A DNA stretch of 64,000 bases from Octopus bimaculoides (lineage: Eukaryota), in assembly GCF_001194135.2 (NCBI RefSeq), contig NC_068984.1, positions 114,644,384-114,708,383 of the forward strand. The letters run 5' to 3'. The stretch's first letter is position 1; every line of letters starts with the position of its first letter. Below are positions 1 to 13,770 of this stretch, piece by piece. The notes below the pieces were generated by a model. That model had not been told where the DNA came from. It saw only the letters and a list, made by a program, of their open reading frames with translations, and ran no database searches. The position numbers were made by a program, and so were the translations under genes.

Positions 1-285
1 CATACATTTATACATAGACATCATCCTCCTTTAATATCCAATTTTGATGCTGGCATGTGTTGGACGGTTTGACCAAAGCTAGCAAGCCAGAGAGCTGCAT
101 TGGGTCCCATTTTGATTTGATTTAGTTTCTACAGCGGGATGCCCTTCATAACACCAACCACTTTACAGTATGTGCTGGGTAGTTTTAACGTGGCACTGAC
201 ACAAGTGTTTTTATATGGCACCAGCACAGGACTCTTACAGGAAAATCCTCTTCACCAGGGGATGTGGCTTTAACACTTCTGTAGT

Positions 286-818
286 GGAGGTACCAACTTG
301 TTCAGCTTCTTCACCTTGCTGAATTGTTTTAGATGGTCCAATACAATTGGAAACGAAAACTCAAACTTTGCTGTTAACCCATGCATAGTTTGAGATGTAT
401 CCACTTTCACTACAGTTTCCAGCTCATCATTATCCACCTTGGTTTCAAGTCTACCACAGGGCTAATTTTCAAGAGTAAAGTCACCAGACCAGAACTTCTC
501 AAACCATTGACATACAGTGCGCTCATTCGCTACATCTTCACCAAGCACCTCATTGATGTTTCAAGCTGTCTGGGATGCATTGGTTCCACAATGGAATTCA
601 TATTCATAAACAACACAAATTTTTTTATCTATCCATAGGTTAACAAAAATTGATTTACAAGCAAAAACTCACAATATAATCAGACACCATGAATAGCATT
701 TCGAAAGTGATGTAATTCTTCAATGTTGTAAAACAAAGAATTGTCAGGATAAAACATTAGAGTTAACAACTGTCAAACTTGGTGCATAAGAAAATCAGAC
801 ATTTCATTCTTAATGATT

Positions 819-820
<2 letters not shown>
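286..820 (-). mobile_element. Decayed mariner transposon 5' part (N-terminal HTH region of transposase plus upstream sequence)
   Basis: Minus-strand translation from the ATG at 636, with stops and a frameshift, gives ...EYEFHCGTNASQTA*NINEVLGEDVANERTVCQWFEKFWSGDFTLEN*PCGRLETKVDNDELETVVKVDTSQT...LDHLKQFSKVKKLNKLVP. This matches the mariner N-terminus (WF.KFRSGDF.LE..PR.GRP...D; K.L.KWVP). The element abuts a (TA)n tract at 821. Confidence 0.85.
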
Positions 821-897
<77 letters not shown>

Positions 898-1387
898 CAT
901 GTATATATGTATGTATGTATATATACACACACACACACACATACTCTTGTGTGTATTTAGTGTACACTTGTCTCGACACTATTTGGTGGTTGCAAACAAG
1001 CATCATCATACAGGTATGGTTATTCATTCCCAGTCTTCTGTGAAAAATACATCTGGCCATGGAGAAATATCATCTTGCTTGGAAACAGGTTGACTTCTGG
1101 TAGAAAATGTACAGACATCCAAGAAGACATGTGACAAACTAGTGAAGAAGGACATCAGGATGCTGAGTCTAACAAATGAAACAGAAAAGACTGAAATGAT
1201 TGCTGATTTGCTGTGCTTGAGAAGATCCATTCATCAAAGCAAAATTAAAGCCCTAAAAATATATTATGTCTATGCTCTTTCATTCATGGTTCTGGGTTCA
1301 GTCCTATTGCATGGCACAGATACAAGTGAGCGAGTCTAACCACAGAAAATCTGCCACATCAAATTATCAGCAGACATTAGATAGTAG

Positions 1388-1433
<46 letters not shown>

Positions 1434-1861
1434 TTCAATGTACACTGTATTAAAATAAGAGCTACAAATAGTTTCATGCCACTGAAACATGTAGTTAAGC
1501 AGATTTTTATAATGTGCCTTGTGTATAATATCCCTTACGAATGTATGTGTCTAAAAAAAAAACTGTTTGCATTTGGTCCCACTGCCTCAATGGGCTTCTC
1601 AACTAAGAGGGCTTTGTCTTGCAAGTTACTTGGTGACCTCACTGGTGCAGGTGTCACATAAAAAGCACCAGTGCTGGTGCCATTTAAAAAGCAACCAGTA
1701 CACTCTGTAAAGTGGTTAGCATGAAGGGTATCCAGCCATAGAAACCATGCCAAAACAGACAATTGCTAGCTCCTATGAAACCATCAAAACCGTGCCAGCA
1801 TAGAAAACATACATTACTTGATGATGACGATGACACACACACACACACACACACATACATA

Positions 1862-1903
<42 letters not shown>

Positions 1904-4900
1904 TATGACACAGTTCCATTTTGTGGGCATGTAGGAAACATCCATCTCATCACCATGGCCACAGCTTCTAGTGTGAAACCAATAAAGCAATAAAGGAATA
2001 CACAGACAATTTTATTCTGTACACCTATTTATTGTTTTATTATTGATGGATTGGTAGAATAGTTAAAGTATTAGACAAAAAAGGCCTTGACGCATTTTTT
2101 CCAGTTCTTTATATACTGAGTTCAAATCCCACCAAGATCTCTCTGAGATCTATAAAATACACCACTTGTCAAGTATTGGTATCAACTAACCCTGTACCTT
2201 CAAAACTGCTGGCTTTGTGCCTAAATTAGAAGCATTTTTTTCATCTCTTTGTCTCCCTTCTTAAATATTTTTGCAAACAGCAGTTGCATTAGGCTAACAA
2301 AAATTTATCTGACAGTTTCTTCAGCAACTAATCAGAACCAGTTACGATATTCAAATATTTTCATGTGTTGCATTATATACAGGTTTCCCTTATTCTGTTG
2401 ATCACAACCACTTGAAGTTCAGAAATAATATACTAGAGGTAACAACTTTCAGCTTCCAAAAGATATGGCTGTGTAGGTAAGAAGTCTGCTTCACAATCAC
2501 TTGGTACTGGGTTCAACCCCACTGTGCATCACCTGCACAAGTGCCTTCTACTATAGCCACAGGGATCTATCACCTTGCTTTAGCATTATTTGCTAAATGT
2601 AAATAGACATCACCGTCCTGTGGTACTGTCTGTTTGAAATCGTCTATTAAATCATGCTAACCCTCACTTATTTCCAGGCTAGTTAATAATCTCCCAGTCT
2701 ATTACACAACAAACAGCCTGGATTTTTTAATACAGAGAACTAGAAACAAATGACACCATATGAATAAGCCTTGTGTTTACAAAGATTGTTCAACCTGTCA
2801 AGGCATGTCAAAAGGCTTGGTCATCTGCAAGTAAACAGTAGAGTGAAGATTGTTTACAAAAGTAAACATATATGAAGACAAAGGATTTACAAGCTCACAC
2901 ACATGTATCTTTTACTTGTATCAGTCATTAGACTGTGGTAATGATGGGACACCAATTTGAAGAATTTTAGTCAAATGAATCAATCTCAGTACTTCTTTTT
3001 TAAGCTTGCTACTTATTCTGTCAATTTCCTTCTGCCAAAGTACTAGGTTATAAAGATGTAAACACACCAACACCAGTAGTCAAGCACTGGTGGGGGATAA
3101 ACACAGACACAAATACACATACATATATTATATTTTATATCATATTATATTATATATATGGGTTTCTTTTAGTTTCTGTCTCCCAAATCCATTCGCAAAG
3201 CTTTGGTCAACCTGAGGTCATAGAAGATATTTGCCCAAGGGGTCATGCAATGGGACTAAACCCAGAACCACGTGGTTGTGAAGCAAATTTCTTACCACAC
3301 AGGAATGGATGTATGGTTAAAAAGCTTGCTTTCCAACCATGTGGATTTTGGCTCAGTCTTGTTGTGCAGTACCTTGGGCAAGTGTCTTCTATTATAGCCT
3401 CCAAGGCTTTTTATGAGTGGATTTGGTAGACAGAAACTGAAAGAAGGCTGCCATGTATGTATGAGTGTATTTGTGTCTCCTTGTCTTGACATTGCATAAT
3501 AGTTACAAAAGAGTAACTATCTTACAGAGTGTCACTCATTTCCAAAAATCATGTCTGGCTATGAGGGAACATTACTTTGCTTGGATACAGGTGATAGTGT
3601 CTAACCACAGAACATCTGCCATACCAAATTTCATTTGATGCATGCATGCATGGAAAAGTGGACATTAAAACCATAATGTATGTCATTGCAATCATGTAAC
3701 TGACTGCATAATAAGATAACAAAACAATGAAGAATTAACAGAAAGCTGTTGAAGGGAAGGCTTGTTCTTAGTTTAAGATCTATTACTTAACCACCAACAA
3801 TAAAAGCTTTCGAGATTTTAACTCTCCATTCCCATGAATAAGTTGTAAAATATGGAGTTGGATACACTGGAGTATATATTTTTATTGTTCAAAGATATTA
3901 AATTTGAGATTTCACTTGTGAAATGCTTCTACTGCAGTTCAAGGTGGTTTAACACAATACTCTCTTCTGAAACACTGCACAATGTTTTCTTGTCTTCAAA
4001 AATTGTACATATATTTTGTAATGTGTAACCACTGTTTTGTTGATCTGATTATACATGTCACTGCATTGGCAAATTGACTTATTTTAAATATATTGACCGG
4101 AGACTGCTTGGTGATTCATTCTCCGATCCAATTGGACATTGACTAAAAGAGCATGTTCCTTGTGTAGTGTTCTGGTTAAATGACCGGTCATTGTCTTGGT
4201 GGAATAACAAGGCACACCTTGTTATTCCAATTAGTAGATTAGATGTCATTACATAACTTTGTCAGTTTTTCATGTTCCCTTTAGTGATGAAGGCTGATGT
4301 AAACCCTATAATTTGCTATCTTTCTCTTTTTCAATGTCTGCTGCTATGCCTCCCCCTCCAACCCAGCTGACTACAGCAAGAGGTGGTCTGTATACTTGTC
4401 ATATAGACTAACAGATAGCATCTCTCCCAATGATTCCTATACAGAGCTTGCAAAGAAAATGGATAGGCTCTTTGTGTAGCTATTCAAACTACTCACCTCA
4501 CATATACCAACACACCTTGAAAGCAATCAGCAACCAGTAGAACTTCTCCAGCTTCCCCAAGGGTCACAAGTGGACAACAATTACACCTTCATCTTGGATG
4601 TATGCTCCTTGTATATCTGCATAACTACTAGTAAAAGTCATACAATCAATCCAATAGCACTAGAGCACCAGGACAGATGACTCCGACTTACAGTAGGTTT
4701 TCTCTCAACAAAATTAAGCTCTCTTCTAAATTTCTGCAATGCCAGCATATTCTTCATGTACAAAAGAACTACCTCTTGACATGACCTTCCGATGGGATCT
4801 GGATTAAGTGGGAAGCCAACTGCACAAACACTGCAAGGTTCAGAGTGCAGGGCACTGAAGTTTGGATCACCTTATATGCAGTAGTTAATTTCAGAGATGG

Positions 4901-5956
4901 AGGCCATGAAAATCCATGAAAACTTCAATACACTCTACAACAAAGAAGATTCATACTAGTTATCAAGCAGCAGATGGTTCCTTAAAAATCTGTTTGATTT
5001 TACCACAACTTTCTTTTTAAGGCATGCCAAAATGCAGCTCTAAAACCAGCAACAAAACTTCCAGTTATTTTGTTAATATAATTTCTTTTGCTTCTTTATT
5101 ATGCTGTCAGTCAGATATATTCAATGACTAAGTATACATATAAATAATTATGTATGTGAGTATACTGATGTAAGCAGGTATGTGAGAGAGTATACATATA
5201 TTAATATACATCTATATGCATGTACATTAATATATGTGTGCATGTTTGTGTGTGTGTATACACACACACACATACCAAACTGGTACTGGCATGGTTCTGT
5301 ATTTAAGAAGTTTACTTTGCAATGCCATGGCTTCAAGTTCAGTCCTAATAACATATGCCACTTTGGGTGAGAATCTTCTATCAATCCAGATGAGCAAAGC
5401 CTTGTGAATGAATTTGGTGAGAATCGAAAAGGGCGTTTTGTGTGTGTGTGTGTGTGTTCTTGCTTTGACATTCCAAGTTAATTGTAAACAAATATCAATG
5501 CCATACAAGTGAGCACTTTGCTTGTTATCTCCTTTGAAACCACATCTTGGGGGAAAATATTACCTTATTTGAAAACTGGTAAATGTTGGCATCAGGAAAA
5601 GCATTCAACTGCTAAAAATCTGATTCCAGCAGTAGTTGCAGGTGGAAGCACCAGCCTAGTATTGGGGTTGATTCTGTTTTTTTTTTACTTTTGGGAGAAT
5701 TTAACCATGATCAGACCTGGAGAAGGATGGACATCATCAGGTTTGGTGTGCATCACAGCAGCCCCTCTATGATCTGTCAGTGGTTAGGGGCTCTATGCAA
5801 AGCAAAGCAAGAACGAGCTGTTATAGATAGTATCTGAGGGATCAGATGTGGTTTTACATCTGTGAAACTTGAAACAATTCATATATAAGTCAAACTGTTA
5901 ATACAAACATTCAACTTCCATGAGACTTGTTCACTAACTTTTTTCTTTCATATGTA

Positions 5957-6051
<95 letters not shown>

Positions 6052-6719
6052 GCATGGCTGTGTGGTTAAGAAGCTTGCTTCCAAACCACATGGTTTAAAG
6101 TTCAGTCTCACAGAGTGCTACCTTGGGTAAGTGTCCTCTACTATAGTCCTGAACCAACAAGAGCCTTGAGTAAATTCAGTAGACAGAAACTGAAAGGAGA
6201 CTGTTGTGTATGTATGTGTTCATGTATCATCGTCAACATCATTTATTGTCTACTCTTCCAGGTTTGCATTAGTCAGGCAGAATTTTTCAAGACAGATTTT
6301 CTATGGCCAGATGCCCTTCTTGTTTCTAATTCTCGCCAGTTTTGAAATAAGATAATGTTCCCCAATGGCCAGACATGTTTTTCACTGAAGACTGGAAACA
6401 AACATCACTTATATGACATGACAGTGATGCTCATTTACAACCTTGATGTCAAGACAAGGGTACACACAAACACACACATCACTCTCACTCTCTTCCTCTC
6501 ATGTATATATGACAGAGTTCTTTCACTTTCAATCTACCAAATTTACGCATAAGGCTTTGGTTGGCCCAGGGCTATTATTGAAGATATTTGCTCAAGATAC
6601 AGTTCAATGGGACTGGACTTGAGACCACATGGTAGGGAAGCCTGCTCTCTCTCTTTCTTTCTTTCTCTCTCTCTCTCTCTCTAGTTTATTGAGGGAAAAG
6701 TTAGGCATGAGAGGAATTA

Positions 6720-7242
6720 GTAGATGTAGTGTGCAAGAGAAGACTGCATTGGTTTGGAATATGATATATATGGATGTAGAGAGTTGCATACTGAAGTGAC
6801 AATCACAAAGTGGATAGGACTTGTGAAAGAGGGAGACCCAGGAAGATATGGGACAAAGTATTTGAAAGCTGATCTCTAAACATTAAGCCTCATGAAAGAG
6901 AAGACAAAGAACCAAGATGTCTGGTGCCTTGCCGTTCTCAAGAAGATCCACCCACGACAGCAGAATTGATACAAGTGCTAATGCCATGTAAAAAGCACTA
7001 ATGTTAGTGCCACATAAAAAGCACTCATGCAGGTGCCATGTAAAAAGCATTGGAGTTGGTGCCACATAAAAAGCACTCAGTATACTCTGTAAAGTGGTTG
7101 ACATTAGGAAGGGCATTAAACTGTAGAAACCATGCCAGAACAATGAAGTCTGGTGTGGCCTCTAGCCTTACCAGCTATCAAACCATCCAACCTATGCCAG
7201 CATGGAAAATGGGTGTTAAATGATGATGATGATGATGATGAT
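6720..7242 (+). mobile_element. RTE-clade LINE 3' end (decayed ORF C-terminus, 3' UTR and (GAT)n tail)
   Basis: Degenerate copy of the coding segment seen at 27083-27312. It continues into the AAAAGCAC...GTGGTTG...GGAAGGGCAT...CCAACCTATGCCAGCATGGAAAA 3' UTR and ends in (GAT)n. It contains four tandem ~25-bp GCCAYRTAAAAAGCA units. Confidence 0.7.
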
Positions 7243-7259
7243 ATTTAAATATGCATGCA

Positions 7260-7305
<46 letters not shown>

Positions 7306-7317
7306 ATCAGTATTAAC

Positions 7318-7348
<31 letters not shown>

Positions 7349-8374
7349 ACCAAACAAAGCAAGCATAGGAAACAGATGTAACATGAGGACAATAACAACA
7401 ATGATCAGGATCATTGATTTTTACATCCACTTTTCTATGCTGGCAACTAGCATTGGTTATTTTGGAGGAAGTGTTTTGTAGCTGGATTCTGCTCCTGATG
7501 CCAACCTTTTCCTCTGTCAGTTCTTATAACACCAAGGGATATGGCATAACAATTTTAAGAACCAGCATACATACCATAATGTATACATACACATATATAT
7601 GACAAGTGAAGGCTAGACTTCATAACTTAGAAGTTCGCTTTCTATGTGGCTTCAGGTTCACTCTTATCGTACAGCAGTTTGGGAAAATATCTAATATATT
7701 TTCAAGAGAACAAAAACTTTGTAAGTGAATTTGGTAGAATGAAACTGAAAAAATCCAATATACACACACATTTATTTATTTATTGTGAGGTTAAGAAGTT
7801 TGCTTCTCAACCACATGGTTTTGAGTTCAGTTCCATAGCATGCCACCTTAGATAAGTGTCTTCTACTGTTGCCCTGACCCAACCAAAAGTTTGCAAGTGA
7901 ATTTGGTAAATCGAAACTGAAAGCAACTCATGTATGTATGTGTTTGCTTACATTTACAAACTATGAAAGTTGCTTTCTACAACCAGTGTTCTTGGCAATT
8001 CTATCAATAAACTGTCCACTCATTTTGCACCTTCAAAGATGGGATAACCAACTTGTAAAATAAGTAAGGTTTAGCAAAAGGGCACTATCAGCCTCATTTG
8101 CTAAAGCATTAACTTACAGAGACATAAACAGTAATGATGGGACACACACACACACATACATATATACACACACAATAGGCTTCCTTCAGTTTCCATCTAC
8201 CAAATTTACTCACAAGGCCTGAGGCTATAGCAGAAGACACTTGCCCAAGTAGACACACAGAGGGACTGAAACCAGAACCATGGGGTTGGGAAGCAAACTT
8301 CTTACCACACAGCCATCTGCACCTGCATATGTGTGCGCACATATCTATATGTATATATGAATATATATATATAT

Positions 8375-8456
<82 letters not shown>

Positions 8457-8764
8457 GGAGAGAGAGAGAGGGAGAGAAAGAGAGAGAGAGGGAGAGATAG
8501 AGAGAGAGAGAGAGAAAGAGACAGAGACAGAGAGAGACAGAGAGAGACAGACACAGAGAGAGACAGACAGAGAGAGAGACAGACAGACACACACACACAC
8601 AGAGCAGGTTTCATTCAGTTTCTAGCTACCAAATAAACTCACAAGGCTTTAGTTGACCAGGGTCTATGGCAGAAGACATGCCCAGCTGGACTGAACCTGA
8701 AACTACACAATGGGGAAGCAAACTTCTGAATTACACAACCAGGACTGCACATACATGTATGTTC

Positions 8765-10082
8765 ATAGATAGATAGATAGATAGATACAGATAAATGTAG
8801 ATAGATAGATAGATACAGATAAATGTAGATAGATAGATAGATAGATAGATAGATACAGATAAATGTAGATAGATAGATAGATAGATAGATACAGATAGAT
8901 AGATAGATAGATAAGATAAGATAAATAGATAGATAGATAAGATAAATAGATAGATAGATAAGATGGATAGATAGATAGATAAGATGGATAGATAGATAGA
9001 TAAGATGGATAGATAGATAGATAAGATGGATAGATAGATANNNNNNNNNNNNNNNNNNNNNNNNNNNNNNNNNNNNNNNNNNNNNNNNNNNNNNNNNNNN
9101 NNNNNNNNNNNNNNNNNNNNNNNNNNNNNNNNNNNNNNNNNNNNNNNNNNNNNNNNNNNNNNNNNNNNNNNNNNNNNNNNNNNNNNNNNNNNNNNNNNNN
9201 NNNNNNNNNNNNNNNNNNNNNNNNNNNNNNNNNNNNNNNNNNNNNNNNNNNNNNNNNNNNNNNNNNNNNNNNNNNNNNNNNNNNNNNNNNNNNNNNNNNN
9301 NNNNNNNNNNNNNNNNNNNNNNNNNNNNNNNNNNNNNNNNNNNNNNNNNNNNNNNNNNNNNNNNNNNNNNNNNNNNNNNNNNNNNNNNNNNNNNNNNNNN
9401 NNNNNNNNNNNNNNNNNNNNNNNNNNNNNNNNNNNNNNNNNNNNNNNNNNNNNNNNNNNNNNNNNNNNNNNNNNNNNNNNNNNNNNNNNNNNNNNNNNNN
9501 NNNNNNNNNNNNNNNNNNNNNNNNNNNNNNNNNNNNNNNNNNNNNNNNNNNNNNNNNNNNNNNNNNNNNNNNNNNNNNNNNNNNNNNNNNNNNNNNNNNN
9601 NNNNNNNNNNNNNNNNNNNNNNNNNNNNNNNNNNNNNNNNNNNNNNNNNNNNNNNNNNNNNNNNNNNNNNNNNNNNNNNNNNNNNNNNNNNNNNNNNNNN
9701 NNNNNNNNNNNNNNNNNNNNNNNNNNNNNNNNNNNNNNNNNNNNNNNNNNNNNNNNNNNNNNNNNNNNNNNNNNNNNNNNNNNNNNNNNNNNNNNNNNNN
9801 NNNNNNNNNNNNNNNNNNNNNNNNNNNNNNNNNNNNNNNNNNNNNNNNNNNNNNNNNNNNNNNNNNNNNNNNNNNNNNNNNNNNNNNNNNNNNNNNNNNN
9901 NNNNNNNNNNNNNNNNNNNNNNNNNNNNNNGATAGATAGATAAGATGGATAGATAGATAAGATGGATAGATAGATAAGATGGATAGATAGATAAGATGGA
10001 TAGATAGATAAGATGGATAGATAGATAAGATGGATAGATAGATAAGATGGATAGATAGATAAGATGGATAGATAGATAGATA
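8765..10082. repeat. (GATA)n / GATAGATAAGATG compound microsatellite spanning the N-gap 9041-9930
   Basis: Directly visible on both sides of the gap. Confidence 0.95.
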
Positions 10083-10710
10083 CACAAACACATACACACG
10101 AAATATCTGTCTCTTTAGTTAAGTCAAGGACATGCCTACCTCTCTAGTGTTGGCAGTGTCACAATAAAAAAATTGTAGCACACCCTGTAGAGTTGAAGTT
10201 ATGACAGCCCTTTATTCTTGTCAAGGACATCACACATTTCTAGTGCCGATGTACCCAGTATACTGAAAAGAGGTCGGTGTTAGGAAGGGCATCTAGCCAT
10301 AGAAACTAAACCGAAAACGAAGCGTTAATGAGATGAATTTCCCCCACCCCATCTGATTCATGTCGATGAGCAGTACTTCAAATATATGATAACTCTGACC
10401 GTGATGACCCGTTCAACCCATGCCAGCATGGAAAGGCAATATCAAGCAATAAAATAACGATACTCAATTCACACAAACAGGCGCGTGTGTGTGCGCGCGC
10501 ATATATATACATATATATATATGCACAAGACAGAAAAATATAACATCAGCTAAGGGGATCGAACCTCCTTTTCTGTGTGAACCGTATATATACATTCATT
10601 AGAAACATATACACACACACACACTCATGTACACGACTATAATTACATTCACATAGAAATATATACACATACACCAAAAATATACACACACGTATACATA
10701 AAGGCACACA

Positions 10711-10748
<38 letters not shown>

Positions 10749-11606
10749 NNNNNNNNNNNNNNNNNNNNNNNNNNNNNNNNNNNNNNNNNNNNNNNNNNNN
10801 NNNNNNNNNNNNNNNNNNNNNNNNNNNNNNNNNNNNNNNNNNNNNNNNNNNNNNNNNNNNNNNNNNNNNNNNNNNNNNNNNNNNNNNNNNNNNNNNNNNN
10901 NNNNNNNNNNNNNNNNNNNNNNNNNNNNNNNNNNNNNNNNNNNNNNNNNNNNNNNNNNNNNNNNNNNNNNNNNNNNNNNNNNNNNNNNNNNNNNNNNNNN
11001 NNNNNNNNNNNNNNNNNNNNNNNNNNNNNNNNNNNNNNNNNNNNNNNNNNNNNNNNNNNNNNNNNNNNNNNNNNNNNNNNNNNNNNNNNNNNNNNNNNNN
11101 NNNNNNNNNNNNNNNNNNNNNNNNNNNNNNNNNNNNNNNNNNNNNNNNNNNNNNNNNNNNNNNNNNNNNNNNNNNNNNNNNNNNNNNNNNNNNNNNNNNN
11201 NNNNNNNNNNNNNNNNNNNNNNNNNNNNNNNNNNNNNNNNNNNNNNNNNNNNNNNNNNNNNNNNNNNNNNNNNNNNNNNNNNNNNNNNNNNNNNNNNNNN
11301 NNNNNNNNNNNNNNNNNNNNNNNNNNNNNNNNNNNNNNNNNNNNNNNNNNNNNNNNNNNNNNNNNNNNNNNNNNNNNNNNNNNNNNNNNNNNNNNNNNNN
11401 NNNNNNNNNNNNNNNNNNNNNNNNNNNNNNNNNNNNNNNNNNNNNNNNNNNNNNNNNNNNNNNNNNNNNNNNNNNNNNNNNNNNNNNNNNNNNNNNNNNN
11501 NNNNNNNNNNNNNNNNNNNNNNNNNNNNNNNNNNNNNNNNNNNNNNNNNNNNNNNNNNNNNNNNNNNNNNNNNNNNNNNNNNNNNNNNNNNNNNNNNNNN
11601 NNNNNN

Positions 11607-11895
11607 ATATATACATACACCCATATATATATATACATACACATAATTATATAATATATACATACATACACATATATATACATACATACACACATATATA
11701 TACATACACATATATACATAAATATATACAACACATATATATACACATAAATATATACATACACATATATACTTAATATATATGTATACACATATAGACA
11801 TACATACATATATACACATACATATACATATATATATATACATACACATATATACAAACATATATATACACATATGCATACATATATATATACAC

Positions 11896-11928
<33 letters not shown>

Positions 11929-12073
11929 CATATGTATACATATATATATATATACATATATATACATACATATACATATGTATACATATATATACATACA
12001 TATACATATGTATACATATATATATATATATATACATATATATACATACATATATATATATACATATATTTTT

Positions 12074-12128
<55 letters not shown>

Positions 12129-12150
12129 TATATGTATATACACACATGAA
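11607..12150. repeat. Complex (TA)/(TACA) low-complexity tract beside the N-gap 10749-11606
   Basis: Directly visible; source of the spurious YI/IY-rich ORFs. Confidence 0.95.
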
Positions 12151-12463
12151 GCATTCGTAGACTCATATACACACTATGTATTTTCACATTATGTTCATAT
12201 GTGCGTGTATATACACACACACACACACCTTATATATACACACAAATATCTTTTATCTTTTTATATATATATAAATACATCATTGGAGTTCGAACATACT
12301 ATTATTGTACAGACACATATGATCATTTTAAACACACGCACATATTATGCACACACATATGTGTATATTTATACATATTCACATGTATTTATAAATGTGT
12401 GTGTGTATGTGTATGTAAATATGCATATATATTCACATACACATTATATATAATACTGTGTGT

Positions 12464-12494
<31 letters not shown>

Positions 12495-12594
12495 CACATA
12501 TTACACAGTATTGTATAGTATTAACATAGCATAGCATTAAACAAATAGTTTTCTTCTTCTTTTTTTTAATACTGACTTGTATTTTCAACGCTAC

Positions 12595-12790
12595 CTTTGT
12601 AGTGGACCCTCAAGTTGTTCTGTGACAGCCCAATGTAGGTGTATTTGTCCTTGGGACTCCAAGATCTTGGTAGTGCCGTTTCCTCCTCATTTACGGCCGG
12701 GTACAATGATTTCAAACGATCGCTACAGCTCCGGGTTTCTTTATCTTTCGAGTTGTAAGAATTTCCAACAACAAAACTAGACGCCATCAT
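12595..12790 (-). CDS. RANBP9: Ran-binding protein 9/10 (RanBPM, CTLH complex), first coding exon; gene continues leftwards
   Basis: [66 protein letters not shown] matches the conserved [35 protein letters not shown] at the start of the RANBP9/10 SPRY domain. A phase-1 GT donor lies at 12594-12593 and an in-frame stop upstream at 12899-12901. RANBP9 versus RANBP10 cannot be resolved from one exon. Confidence 0.95.
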
Positions 12791-13689
12791 TCGGGCCAAA
12801 CTAAAGAAAACCCGGATGTCTGCAGCAGCAGCAGCAATAGCAGCAGTTACTGACGGCAACAAACGGTAGTAGTAGTAGTAGCAGGAGCAGTGGTGGAATC
12901 AGAGGGAGGCGGAGGATCGAGAGAGAGAGAGGGGTTTAGATCACATAGAAAGAAAATACTTCATAGTGGGGGTGGTTGTTGTGAAGAGACAGAAAATATA
13001 ATAATAATTATTATTATGTATATGTATGTATATATATATATATATAAAAATATATATATATGCACACACGGTTGAGTGAACGAACGGGAGTTCGAAGCTG
13101 ATTATTCACTCCGTGGCTGCTTCGAGTTTCTCGCTTATATGCGTTCATTTAGACGACAAAGGGTTTAGTGATCTAGTTTTATCTGTCTTCGTGTAAATAT
13201 GTAGATATGTGTGTATATACATATACATATATATGTATTTATATATATTATATTAGCGCACGTGCAAGAAACTCCTATATATATATATATATATAAATAT
13301 AGAGCAAGGGAGTGAGAAGGCACGAAGGCAAATAGGGGAAGAAGTATTACTACCCTTTCACTCTAAATTCCCATTTATTTTTTGGTCATTCATTCTTTCG
13401 CCCTTTGCTGTTCCCTTTGAACACACTATTCGTCCCTTTTTAATTATTTTTCTGACCATAAACTATCTGATAGCTCATATTAATTTTCTCTCTGTACATT
13501 CATTCTTATCCCTGTTTTATTATTATTAATATTTATGCTTAACTCTCGAATAATACTTCTACATTCGAGATTTCGTTGTATTTATTTATTTATTTATTTA
13601 TTTTATATTGCTTAGCTGACTTAAATCTATCAACATCACGTTACAATTCGTTTTGCTCCGTGACAGAGACTTCCCTTATTTCCTCTTGA

Positions 13690-13770
13690 TTTTGATTGGT
13701 GGAGAGAAATGCTTAGCGCCAGTTACCATAGTAACAGCGCACACGCTTCTCGTAGGCCATTTCTTGTTTT
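13690..13770. promoter_or_regulatory. Putative promoter module: RFX X-box GTTACCATAGTAAC (13722-13735) and inverted CCAAT box (13695-13699) in a CpG-rich region upstream of RANBP9/10
   Basis: Motif matches the GTNRCC-N(0-3)-RGYAAC X-box consensus; local CpG enrichment judged by eye. Confidence 0.45.

Noticed and set aside
10550-10600. tRNA B-box-like GGTTCGATCCCC on the minus strand, and SINE heads generally
   Set aside because: No cloverleaf can be folded; no intact tRNA gene was seen in the window.
8109-12453. Long ORFs (up to 525 aa) in the supplied track
   Set aside because: They are translations of (GA)n, (GATA)n and (TA)n repeats and of N-gaps, not genes.
1-12594. Further RANBP9/10 exons (SPRY: GK..KDAASVRA.HPIP..CG.YYFEV)
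   Set aside because: Not found by eye on the minus strand; they probably lie left of the window or in a gap.
12791-12862. ORF-track start of the RANBP9/10 exon at 12862
   Set aside because: That codon is TTG; the first in-frame AUG is at 12790.
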